A DNA stretch of 32,000 bases from NCBI GenBank assembly GCA_003144275.1, contig NJBF01000013.1:1-32000 (forward strand), given 5' to 3'. The DNA is from Candidatus Heimdallarchaeota archaeon B3_Heim. Lineage in GTDB: Archaea; Asgardarchaeota; Heimdallarchaeia; Hodarchaeales; Hodarchaeaceae. Both the position numbers and the translations under genes were made by a program. Of this stretch, positions 16,081 through 25,410 are shown in pieces (the stretch's first letter is position 1; each line of letters begins with the position of its first letter). The notes below the pieces were generated by a model that worked only from the letters and a program-made list of their open reading frames with translations, made no database searches and was not told where the DNA came from.

Positions 16081-18516
16081 ATGCCAAAATTTACTATCGA
16101 AGAAGCTCAAAAACTTCTCATTCATCGTGAATTTGTACGAAACCTAGGAGTTATCGCTCACATCGACCATGGGAAAAGTACACTTACAGATTCGCTTCTT
16201 GCCGCAAGTGGATTGTTAGCAGACAAAATAGCTGGAGAAGCTAGAGCAACAGACACACGAGATGATGAACAAGAACGTGGAATTACTATAAAAACTACAG
16301 GAATCTCTCTAGTCCATGAATTAAACAAACAGACTTACCTTGTAAATTTACAAGATACTCCTGGACATGTAGATTTTTCTGGCGAAGTTACATCAGCTTT
16401 ACGTGTTGTAGATGGAGCTCTTGTCGTAGTGGACGCTGTCGAAGGGGTTATGGTTCAAACGGAGGTTGTAACTCAACAAGCACTTGCTGAACGCGTTCGT
16501 CCCGTCCTTATCATCAACAAAGTGGATCGATTAATAACTGAAATGCGTATGACACCCGAAAATGCGTACGAACAGTTTAAAAAGATAATAAGCGATTTCA
16601 ACTTGTTAGTTGAAACATATGCTCCTCCTGAATTCAAAAAAATATGGAGAGTTGATCCTAGAGAGGGAACGGTTGCATTTGGGTCGGCCATTCATCGTTT
16701 TGGTCTGACTATACCAGCACTTGCAGACATTTGGCACGAAAAAACTGGTCAACCCAAAGATAAATTGATTAAAAATTTGTGGATGAAGAATAACTTCGTA
16801 AATGGTGTACTTAAACCAACCTATGAAATCTATGAAAAAGCCGAAGAAAATGATACCGCTTCGTTAAAAAAGGTTGCAGAGCAATTAGAACTTCGTTTAG
16901 ATGAAGGAGTATGGCTCGAACCTCCAAAAAGGATCGCTAAAGCATTATTGGAGAAATGGTTACCTGTAGAAAAAGCCGTACTGGATATGGTAGCAAATTT
17001 CTGTCCTTCTCCCATCGAGGCGCAGAAATATCGATTTAAAAGTTTTTGGACTGGGGATTTCGAGTCAGCTGAAGGAAAGGGTCTTCTGAGCTGTGATTCT
17101 AATGCTCCAGTAATGATTTCTATATCTAAAATGATCCCGGGGAGAGCAAAACGGATAATTGCAATGGGAAGAGTCTTCTCTGGAACAGTTAAAGCAGGAC
17201 AGAAGATAACTGCACTTCTGCCTGGATACAAACCAGGAAGTAAAGAACGAACATTTACCACGAATATACAACAAGTGTCAATGCTAATGGGAGCGAAGGC
17301 GGAAAAAGTCGATTTTATTCCGGCAGGGAACATCGTTGCTTTGCAAGGACTCCGCGGAGCGACAGCCAGTAGTACCATTACAAGTTTAGATACGGTTCTT
17401 CCATTCAAAGCTCTGAGCTATGCAGTAGAACCAGTAGTTACAATTGCAATCGAAGCAAAATCTCCTAGTGAGCTACCCAAGCTTGCAGAGGGATTACAAC
17501 TTATGGAATTGGTTGATCCTTCGCTTAAAACCAAAGTTAATGAAGAAACTGGTGAATTTTTGTTATCTGGAACAGGTGAACTTCATCTAGAAATTGCTGT
17601 TAAAGATCTACAAGATTTACAAAAAATTGAAGTTACCCAAAGTGAACCTATCGTTGTTTTCCGAGAATCAGTAGCAGGTGAATCCTCTCACCAAGCTTTA
17701 GCAAAATCTCCCAATAAACATAATCGATTATGGGTTCGAGCTGCCCCATTAGAAAAAGATGTCATTAAACTAATTGAAGCTGGAACTATACACCAATACA
17801 CAGATCGAAAAGAGATGGGACAAATTCTGCGAGATCAGGCTGGGTGGGATGTCAAAGTCGGTCGTAAAGTATTGGGTATGGGCCCAGCTGAAAATGATCC
17901 AAATTTCTACATTGATTCAACTAAAGGGGTCCAATACTTACGCGAAGTAAAGGATTATCTTATTCAAGGGTTCCGTTGGGCAGCAAAGGAAGGTCCTTTA
18001 TGTGGTGAACCATTTTTCGGTATTAAATTTTCATTAGAAGATGTTAAGCTTCATGAAGATCCTGTGCACCGAGGAGCGGGACAAACAATGCCTGTCTCGC
18101 GAAGAGCATGTTTCGGTGCAGTTTTATTGGCATCTCCCATACTTCTTGAACCTGTTTATAAGGTTCAAGTTCAGGTTCCAGAGCAGTACCTCGGTAATGT
18201 CTTTAAAGTTCTTACAAAGAGAAGAGGTAGAGTTATCGATACTCAAAAACGAGAAGGAACCCCCCTAAATGTAATCATCGCTGAAGTTCCAGTTTCAGAA
18301 TCTTTCGGAATTACCACTGATTTACGTTCAGAGACTTCAGGCTTCGCATTTTCTCAAATGGTCTTTGATCACTGGGAAAAGGTACCTGGAGATCCCACAA
18401 AAGAAGAAGAACTAGGTGGCGGGATAGCTCGCAAATTTGTAATGGAAACTCGAAAACGTAAAGGATTCCACAACCCTAATCCTCCAAAGCCAGAAGATTA
18501 CTACGATAAACTCTGA
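16081..18516 (+). CDS. fusA: Translation elongation factor EF-2 (811 aa, eukaryote-like)
   Basis: [50 protein letters not shown], diphthamide loop [11 protein letters not shown] (His663), LRSETSG. Confidence 0.98.
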   Translation: [811 protein letters not shown]

Positions 18517-18565
18517 TTTCATCATTTAATTTCTTCTTCTTTTTTCCTTCATTGATTTTCTTTAG
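18517..18565 (+). terminator. Oligo-T/pyrimidine tract after EF-2 (archaeal-type terminator)
   Basis: tttcatcatttaatttcttcttcttttttccttc directly after the stop, facing the convergent tRNA-Arg. Confidence 0.4.
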
Positions 18566-18627
18566 GATAGGATCTATTTTTTTGATCTCTAAGGAAAAAA
18601 AGTAACTTTATTTATTGAAAAAATAAA

Positions 18628-18702
18628 CGGATCCGGAGGGATTTGAACCCACGACATTCTGCTCCGAAGGCAGACGCTCTATCCATGCTGAGCCACGGAT
18701 CC
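18628..18702 (-). tRNA. tRNA-Arg(UCG), intronless
   Basis: Reverse complement GGATCCG-TG-GCTC-AGCATGGATA-GAGC-G-TCTGC-CTTCGGA-GCAGA-ATGTC-GTGGG-TTCAAAT-CCCTC-CGGATCC-G; CCA not encoded. Confidence 0.96.
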
Positions 18703-18887
18703 AGTAAAATTAACTTCACATGTTTTGTAAAAAGCTATTTCTAGAGTAGATTAGGAGACAATAGTTAGATTAATAAGAATTTATTGGGACTCAGATTCAT
18801 TACTTAGCTTGTCATGAGGGAAGTCTTTTCTAATTTTAAACAGTTTAGCTGTTTATTCTCAGAATTTAAGACTGAGGGGGAATTTAC

Positions 18888-19163
18888 TCATCTTGACTTA
18901 CGTTCGTCTGCAGATCGGATTTTCACTTGATGTCTGTGAATTGCACAGGAAACGCAGAAATATCGAATATATGGGACTCGAGCAATTTGGGTTCCAGCTT
19001 GACGTAATTCCTTAGCAATCGTGAAATCTACTAAGTTTTTATAGCTAGTCTTACGCTTGGCCTTATCTCTTGGGACTAATCTCCTACATGAAGAGCATTG
19101 AACTTTGCCTAAGCTACCTTTCCCGCCTTTACTTCGGCCACCAGATTTTCGTTTTTTACCCAT
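18888..19163 (-). CDS. rps26e: 30S ribosomal protein S26e
   Basis: MGKKRKSGGRSKG...VQCSSC...VPRDKAK...YFCVSCAIHR..VKIRS..ERK. Confidence 0.96.
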   Translation of the reverse strand: MGKKRKSGGRSKGGKGSLGKVQCSSCRRLVPRDKAKRKTSYKNLVDFTIAKELRQAGTQIARVPYIRYFCVSCAIHRHQVKIRSADERKSR

Positions 19164-19239
19164 TACGAGAACACCTTTAATATAAGAGAATACGGTAAAA
19201 GATTTGGTTAATTTGGTAATAACCTTCTATTTCATGTTT

Positions 19240-19911
19240 TTAATTGGTGTTTTTAATCTCTCCCATGACTGGAGCAATGGTTTTCTTTGTCACGAAGATG
19301 GCTAAATTCTCTAAATTTAAGTGATACGGTTGATCCAAATCAAAAAAAGCAGAAACTTGGGGAATTTCTCCTGTTAAAAACTCGTGAACACTTTTTCTTA
19401 TAACATTCACCTGTTTAAAATACTCTTCTGAATACCGTTGGTACTTTGTTAAGAGTTCATTTGTCAGGAGAACGAAGTATGGTGCCTCATCAGAGGACAG
19501 AATTTTCTCACTAATTAATTCGTATAAATGTTCTTGATTTTTCCCGTTCATAATGAAAAGAAGAAAGCCAGGCATTGGTAAAAGGAATAAAATCATAATT
19601 GATGAAAATTGGCCAAATTGTATATCAAATTGCGACAGGGATTCATTTGAAATTATTAGTGCAGAGATAATTAAATTCAAGGAAGCAATTATTGTTGCTT
19701 GAAAGGATCCTCTTCCAGTCCAGTATAACTTGCCAGAATATTGGTAGAAGGGGTCTTTATGCGTGAAACTGATGCCTTTAAAGTTTAATACAGTATAAAA
19801 TACAATAGTCCACGGTAATAAAGACAGTAGTAAAAGATAGCTATCATAGAAACCGAGGCTGAAGACGACTAAAAAATTGATTAGCGATAGAATAAAAAAA
19901 AGGGAGGGCAA
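19240..19911 (-). CDS. Hypothetical membrane protein (3-4 N-terminal TM helices plus ~100-aa soluble C-terminal domain)
   Basis: 223-aa ORF, TTG start with AGGA upstream, co-oriented between the roadblock gene and rps26e. Confidence 0.65.
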   Translation of the reverse strand: MPSLFFILSLINFLVVFSLGFYDSYLLLLSLLPWTIVFYTVLNFKGISFTHKDPFYQYSGKLYWTGRGSFQATIIASLNLIISALIISNESLSQFDIQFGQFSSIMILFLLPMPGFLLFIMNGKNQEHLYELISEKILSSDEAPYFVLLTNELLTKYQRYSEEYFKQVNVIRKSVHEFLTGEIPQVSAFFDLDQPYHLNLENLAIFVTKKTIAPVMGEIKNTN

Positions 19912-19945
19912 AGAAATTGCATTCCTGTTGTAGATAGTGTTTTGA

Positions 19946-20380
19946 TTAACTCAAAAGATCTTTTAGCTCTGAAACAAGGCTAGATATGTCTTTTTCCTCT
20001 TCTTTAAATATTTCAGGGATTTTATGACTATAACGTCGAAGAACACGTATTGCTAGTCCGAGAGAATGTGCTTCATTGGATGCACCAATTAGGATAAAAT
20101 CTTCTGCCGAACTTAATACAGTGTAACCCTTCTCTCCACGAACCAAGACTTCCCACAATTGTCCATGATCCATTCTGTCAACAACCATCCCACCTGTAGA
20201 AAGAACTGCAGCTGAAAGGGCGGAGAATAAATCTGGATCGGCATCTTTTTCTGAAAAGAATGCAACACTCATTCCAGTACGAGTAACTAGTGCTAACGCT
20301 TCTAAATCAGCATAACGTACGATTTCTTGTAATAATTTGATTAATTTCTTTTTTTGCTCAACTGTAAGTGCAAAGGCCAT
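19946..20380 (-). CDS. Roadblock/LC7 (MglB/LAMTOR-like) domain protein
   Basis: ALVTRTGM...DPDLFSALSAAVL..G..VV..M..G.L.EVLVRGEKGY......FIL......SLGL....LR. Confidence 0.88.
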   Translation of the reverse strand: MAFALTVEQKKKLIKLLQEIVRYADLEALALVTRTGMSVAFFSEKDADPDLFSALSAAVLSTGGMVVDRMDHGQLWEVLVRGEKGYTVLSSAEDFILIGASNEAHSLGLAIRVLRRYSHKIPEIFKEEEKDISSLVSELKDLLS

Positions 20381-20688
20381 TTTTCCACCTTCAGAAAGGT
20401 TCTCACAATATCGATTATATTTTTTGTATTTGATATAAGATTTTAAATGGAGATACTGGTCATTACGACTAATAAGCTCTAATTAGGTAATTATCATCGG
20501 GTAATGATTTAAACCTTACTAAACCTCGAATCAGAAGAAAGTGATTTTCATTATTCTTTAATCAGGGATTTTTAGCTAGAATTCGAATTGATTCTTGAAG
20601 AAAATCCTAGAAATTACCAATACAACGGATCGATTTTATTGATGGGAGTTAGAAAGAATTTAACTAGCACAGATCTGAGAGAGTCACA

Positions 20689-21678
20689 ATGGATACTTCA
20701 TGCAAAAAAGTTATTCTTGGTTTGTTTGTTCTAGACAAAATTATTACTTCAGAATCAGAAAGATCCTTATCAATCAATACTGAAAACTCTGATCTATCGC
20801 TTGGGGGGCCTCCCACATTTATGTTGTTTATTTCTGACATTTTCAGGGAACTGATACCTGTTATGGAAGAACCTATTCTATTTGCATATATTTCTAAACA
20901 AACAAGGGAATTGCTGGATAATCTTTCGATCTTTGAGGAGAAAAATAGTCAATTAATCCCTTGTTATAAAAGCCCAAATTTCATACTAGATTACTCCCGA
21001 CCATCTACTGAAAGGAACTTAATGCTATTTGATCCTCCAGGTGAGTTCAATTGTAATCCATTTATATGGCAATTTGATAAGCCTCCTATACTTATTATTA
21101 GTTCAGTTTATCAAGAATTTAATTCATCCGAAATCTTCTCTTTTTTAAGAAATAAGGGGAGCTTCTTAGTTTTTGATCCTCAAGGTTGTTTCAGAAAGAT
21201 TTCATCTGACGGGAAGATAATCTACTCTGAATGGTTTTCTCGTGAAATTTTATCACAAATCAATTGCATTAAACTTGCTGACAGTGAAGCTATACTCCTT
21301 GGGTTGGGAAATGACCTTGTAGATATTACTCAGCAACTATTAGCAATTGCTTCGAATTACGTGATTATTACTAAAGGGAAGAAGGGAGCACTGTTGGGAA
21401 TAAAGAGTATTACTTTGGAAAAGAAAAGTATATTCTCCGTCCCATCGTATCCTGTAGATAATGTAATTAATGAAACAGGGGCGGGAGATGTTTTTTTATA
21501 CAGTTTTGTAAGCTTTTTACAAATACTTGAAGATGAATTGGAAGCAATCGCGTATGCTACAAGTTTAGTGTCCATGCTAATTGAATATGGTTTTGATAAA
21601 GAAAAATATATATTGCACGAAATTAAATATCGACAGAAAGTGATCCGTTCTAGAATCAAAAATATTAGCCCTGATTAA
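20689..21678 (+). CDS. PfkB/ribokinase family carbohydrate kinase, substrate unknown
   Basis: LGGPP, FDPQG, VIITKGKKGA, INETGAGDVF (anion-hole GAGD). Confidence 0.85.
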   Translation: MDTSCKKVILGLFVLDKIITSESERSLSINTENSDLSLGGPPTFMLFISDIFRELIPVMEEPILFAYISKQTRELLDNLSIFEEKNSQLIPCYKSPNFILDYSRPSTERNLMLFDPPGEFNCNPFIWQFDKPPILIISSVYQEFNSSEIFSFLRNKGSFLVFDPQGCFRKISSDGKIIYSEWFSREILSQINCIKLADSEAILLGLGNDLVDITQQLLAIASNYVIITKGKKGALLGIKSITLEKKSIFSVPSYPVDNVINETGAGDVFLYSFVSFLQILEDELEAIAYATSLVSMLIEYGFDKEKYILHEIKYRQKVIRSRIKNISPD

Positions 21679-21733
21679 ATAACGAACAAGTAGGAATCTT
21701 CTATTCCATTACAATTATAGGAGATCTAAAGTT

Positions 21734-21952
21734 TTAATCAACCTTTATATAAAGGATATTGTTTCCCCGAAGAAACGCTCGTCCATATCGTTTAGTTATT
21801 TTTCCATCCTCCATTTCAGAACAGTTTTCTAAAATTAAGTTCATATATTGGTCAGTTATTTTTAATCGTCCCGTATACGACTGATTACTTTTCAATGTAA
21901 CAGTGATTGTTTTGCCGATTGATTTTTCTAATGTTTGTAATGGATTGGACAT
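21734..21952 (-). CDS. Sm-like (LSm/SmAP1) RNA-binding protein
   Basis: NPLQTLEKSIGKTITVTLK...YTGRL...DQYMNLIL...YGRAFLRGNNILYI (Sm1 and Sm2 motifs). Confidence 0.95.
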   Translation of the reverse strand: MSNPLQTLEKSIGKTITVTLKSNQSYTGRLKITDQYMNLILENCSEMEDGKITKRYGRAFLRGNNILYIKVD

Positions 21953-22051
21953 GTTACTGGTTCCTCAAAATTCGAATATAGTAAAAATAAGATCAAATTC
22001 CTCTCATTTTGATAAATTCTAAAAATGTTTCTTCACCTATACTGAGGAAAA

Positions 22052-24256
22052 TCACTCTTCTTCTGAAAATGATTCTTGGTAAAGAATAGAATCAGGAAAT
22101 TGATACATTGCGATATATTCTTCTTTAAAGTCATTTAAGATATTTTCAAAACTAAATTCATCCACACGAGTGTTTCGTAAAGCGACTTTCTTCTTAATGA
22201 GCAAAGACATACGCTTTCGCCTCAATTTCTCCTGTAATTGCAGCTCCTGTTTCCTAATCTCCTCCTTGACTGATATATCGGTCAGATACAGCTCATTGTA
22301 CACCCAAATTTCAAGCGGTGGATCAATAAGCGTCCGATCTCTATTGGCATACTCACTCAATGGTAGTTCTAGGCAAGGAACACAATTCTCATTAAAAACT
22401 AGTAACGCTTGATCAGAAAATTTTGGACTTTCTTCTGGTATAATTACCCCTCTTATTCCAAAATCAATTAGCTTGAATGCCGTTTGTGCTCCTCCACCAC
22501 TAGGGTCAAGCACTAATACAATATCACCCTCATGTAATCCATAATTGGTGTTAGTATCCCGAATCGATGAATCAGAAAAAGATTTTAGCGGCTTTAGAGG
22601 AAATTCATGACCTTGAACCCAAAAATTCTTAATTTCTTTTAATTGTTTTATTTCTAATTGGTTCTTTCTGATCGTCTGTCGAAATAATTTATTTTCCTCT
22701 TTGATCTGGCCGACTTCTCTTTCAACGACATTAGTCACTTTTTTTCGAGTCTGTCTGGAATTTCTGATTTTAGTCTTCTCAAGTGAAGTAATTAATCGTT
22801 TTATTTCCCAATTCTGATCGCGTGATTGGTTTCGCCAATATTTTACTTCTTGGTCAAGCTTATCCATTTCGTCCGACATAGTTTCAAATTTGGCTTGCCA
22901 TTGGATATTTTCATTTTTCAACGAAGTAATTAAATGCTTAAAATCGGTCTCTTTAATTTCTGTAACAAAAGAATCCTCTCTTCCATGTATTAAAGATATT
23001 GCATTGCTTATACTATTTCCTGCAAGGACTAACCGCTGTATCTCAGAGAGATGGGAAATTAAAGATGGATGTGTTTCCTCTATTACTCTTTTAACTTTTT
23101 GAAACTGGGATTTGAGGAGATTGTAGCCTTTTAGTGCTCCAAATAAAGCATCTCTTTCATGAGAGTTCAGATGACTATAATTCACAGTTAAGTCAGAATA
23201 ATCTTGTAAATAGGATCGTTTATGAGAAACAGAAGCAAGTACTGAAGGGGTTAATAATTTGCCCCCCGTTATTTTTGCTACTCGTTCGACCATAGCCGGC
23301 GCGGGAATAACATCTGCAGCAACACAACAAACTTTTCCATATCTAGTAGAAATACGAATAATTTCCGAAATACCACATTCTCGTTTTGAACCCAAATAGA
23401 GGACATTTCCACGATTACAATCCAAAATAGCAATTCCTGTTGTTGTACCTGGGTCTAGTCCTAGAATAATATTTTTTAATGATTTTACTGAAGGGGCCAT
23501 AGCCACATCCAGTGGTTTAAAGTCTAAAGTGGCCCTAGTCACCCTCTGAACAATAACCTTCACTAAATCTGTATTTAGTTGTTTAGTTTTCATTTGAATT
23601 GATGCAATTAACTCGTTTTCTAATTGAATCAGATAAACACGCTTTTGTGGATATTTGAAAATGTCCCATTTCAGATTCTTCTCTTTGAGAATCAATTCTA
23701 CTTCTTTTGCGGCCTGTTGGACTGCTACTCTACTAACACGTTCAAAACGAGGGGCTGACCAACCCCCTCTTCCAGGTGATTTCTTTCTTGTTATTCCAAT
23801 CTTGATTTCTTCTTCGAAACCCTCGACAACGTGGCCAACTCGTTTAACACACAATTTAGCAGCCACTTCAGCAGCTTCAATAGCTGCTAACTTTTGAGAG
23901 TTATAAGAAAAACTTAGATCTTTCCTGAGATTGTGTTTCGTAATGAGATGTGATAATTTTTCCATCCCAGTACGTGGATTTCCAGTCACTTGTACTAGTA
24001 GGGATGTGGGAGGTATTAGTTCGAGTAATCTAATGATCCCTTGAGCATTTGGAGCTAACTCAAAGATATTGTCAATTGCGATGTAGTCTGGTTTGATATC
24101 CTGAATTTTCTTTAATAATTGTCGCTTGGTAATTTTAGTATGTTTCTCGAGATGATTAGTACTCATAATAACTAATGAATACACCCGCGACGTTTTCTTC
24201 CCTCTTTCCTTAAATGCTAAAACGTCTATACCAAAGATGATCAATGAACTCTTCAT
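22052..24256 (-). CDS. DUF460 family protein (RNase H-like folds plus long coiled coil)
   Basis: IFGIDV, YIAIDNIFEL, LVQVTG, PGRGGWS..RFER, ILGLDPGTTTGIAILD, SHERDAL, then heptad-rich region. Confidence 0.85.
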   Translation of the reverse strand: MKSSLIIFGIDVLAFKERGKKTSRVYSLVIMSTNHLEKHTKITKRQLLKKIQDIKPDYIAIDNIFELAPNAQGIIRLLELIPPTSLLVQVTGNPRTGMEKLSHLITKHNLRKDLSFSYNSQKLAAIEAAEVAAKLCVKRVGHVVEGFEEEIKIGITRKKSPGRGGWSAPRFERVSRVAVQQAAKEVELILKEKNLKWDIFKYPQKRVYLIQLENELIASIQMKTKQLNTDLVKVIVQRVTRATLDFKPLDVAMAPSVKSLKNIILGLDPGTTTGIAILDCNRGNVLYLGSKRECGISEIIRISTRYGKVCCVAADVIPAPAMVERVAKITGGKLLTPSVLASVSHKRSYLQDYSDLTVNYSHLNSHERDALFGALKGYNLLKSQFQKVKRVIEETHPSLISHLSEIQRLVLAGNSISNAISLIHGREDSFVTEIKETDFKHLITSLKNENIQWQAKFETMSDEMDKLDQEVKYWRNQSRDQNWEIKRLITSLEKTKIRNSRQTRKKVTNVVEREVGQIKEENKLFRQTIRKNQLEIKQLKEIKNFWVQGHEFPLKPLKSFSDSSIRDTNTNYGLHEGDIVLVLDPSGGGAQTAFKLIDFGIRGVIIPEESPKFSDQALLVFNENCVPCLELPLSEYANRDRTLIDPPLEIWVYNELYLTDISVKEEIRKQELQLQEKLRRKRMSLLIKKKVALRNTRVDEFSFENILNDFKEEYIAMYQFPDSILYQESFSEEE

Positions 24257-24283
24257 AATGAGTAAACCAATTTATCTGTGTTA

Positions 24284-25180
24284 TCAATCCAATATTTGTA
24301 TTATTTCTGACATGTCATAATGAATTTTCACTAGGAATTTTCTCTCAAAAAAATTTAAGATATTCTGACAATCACGAGTCAAGATTTCTACTGCGTGCAG
24401 TTCCTCTGTATTTACATATTGCGGCCAGTCAATCAGTACGGGATAATTTTCTTCATTTAAACGAATATTGTACTCACTTAAGTCACCGTGAATATATCCG
24501 TGTTGGACGCACTTTTTAACTTCTTGAATGATGTTCTGGAAAAGGATGGCTATTTCCTCCTCAGAACCAAAATCACTCCTTCTTATTCGAAAGAGATCTT
24601 GTCCATGGATAATTCTCATTGTTACTAGATGCCTATTCTGAACTATTGGTTCTGGAACACTAACTCCTTTGGTATAAAGCGCTTTCAACGCTTTATGTTC
24701 TCTTTCTGCCGATAACCGGCTTTCATATAAGGGCGAAAGGTGTCTTTTCTCCGCAATGAAGGTTCTACTTTTTCTAGTTGCCCGAAAATCAAGTTTACCT
24801 AGTCTGTGAAATTTGATAAGAAATTCTTTACCATCATCAGCCATCCCAAGATGCACATTGCTCTCTTTACCAGCGCCAATTTCTGGTCCTAATTGTGCTA
24901 ATACATTCTTTTCTACAAGGGCTTTTAATGCTAAGGCATCATACCCAATGAAAGTTAAAGCTGTTCCTAAATAATGGCGTTGAACAATGAAAACTAAGTT
25001 CATTTTTTTTAAACGTTTTAATGATAATTGAATTTTCTTCTCGGTGTATTTCATAAAACGAATTATTTCTTCGATGGGAACAAATTCATGTTTTGCCATA
25101 AGAATTTCAATTACTGAAAGTATTCGAAAATCTAGCCTATTAAGATCTCTAAATGATTTGGTAACTGATAATGGAGCCAT
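24284..25180 (-). CDS. rio2: RIO2 family atypical protein kinase
   Basis: N-terminal winged helix (DFRIL..IE..M.KHEFVP), GYDALAL, IGAGKESNV, HGDLSEYNI, IDWPQ; start moved to ATG 25180 from the track's 25219. Confidence 0.93.
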   Translation of the reverse strand: MAPLSVTKSFRDLNRLDFRILSVIEILMAKHEFVPIEEIIRFMKYTEKKIQLSLKRLKKMNLVFIVQRHYLGTALTFIGYDALALKALVEKNVLAQLGPEIGAGKESNVHLGMADDGKEFLIKFHRLGKLDFRATRKSRTFIAEKRHLSPLYESRLSAEREHKALKALYTKGVSVPEPIVQNRHLVTMRIIHGQDLFRIRRSDFGSEEEIAILFQNIIQEVKKCVQHGYIHGDLSEYNIRLNEENYPVLIDWPQYVNTEELHAVEILTRDCQNILNFFERKFLVKIHYDMSEIIQILD

Positions 25181-25380
25181 TTTTATGCCCATGGATATAT
25201 TAATGGTCAGTAAGTGCAACTGTCGTCATCAGTCCATAGGATGTACATTTGTTAATCCATTCGACCTCCGTAGACCGTCTTTTTCATCATAGGGGAACAA
25301 TTTGAAACATTTTAATCCTATTATCCCCTTGTAGCTCTGTGAAAGTCAGCTTATTTTACATTAATGTTTTTTCTGTTATT

Positions 25381-25410
25381 AAGAAAAAAAAGGGGGGAAG
25401 AGATGAAAGA
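25381..25410 (-). terminator. Pyrimidine/oligo-T tract after the PGF-CTERM gene
   Basis: Minus strand reads tctttcatctcttccccccttttttttctt immediately after the stop at 25411. Confidence 0.45.

Noticed and set aside
18050-18085. EF-2 as the diphthamide-less aEF-2p paralogue
   Set aside because: The target His and surrounding [11 protein letters not shown] loop are intact.
16473-18268. Several ORFs antisense to or nested in EF-2 (16473-16691, 16830-17408, 17065-17274, 18041-18268)
   Set aside because: Fully overlap fusA with no recognisable motifs or SD; expected by chance.
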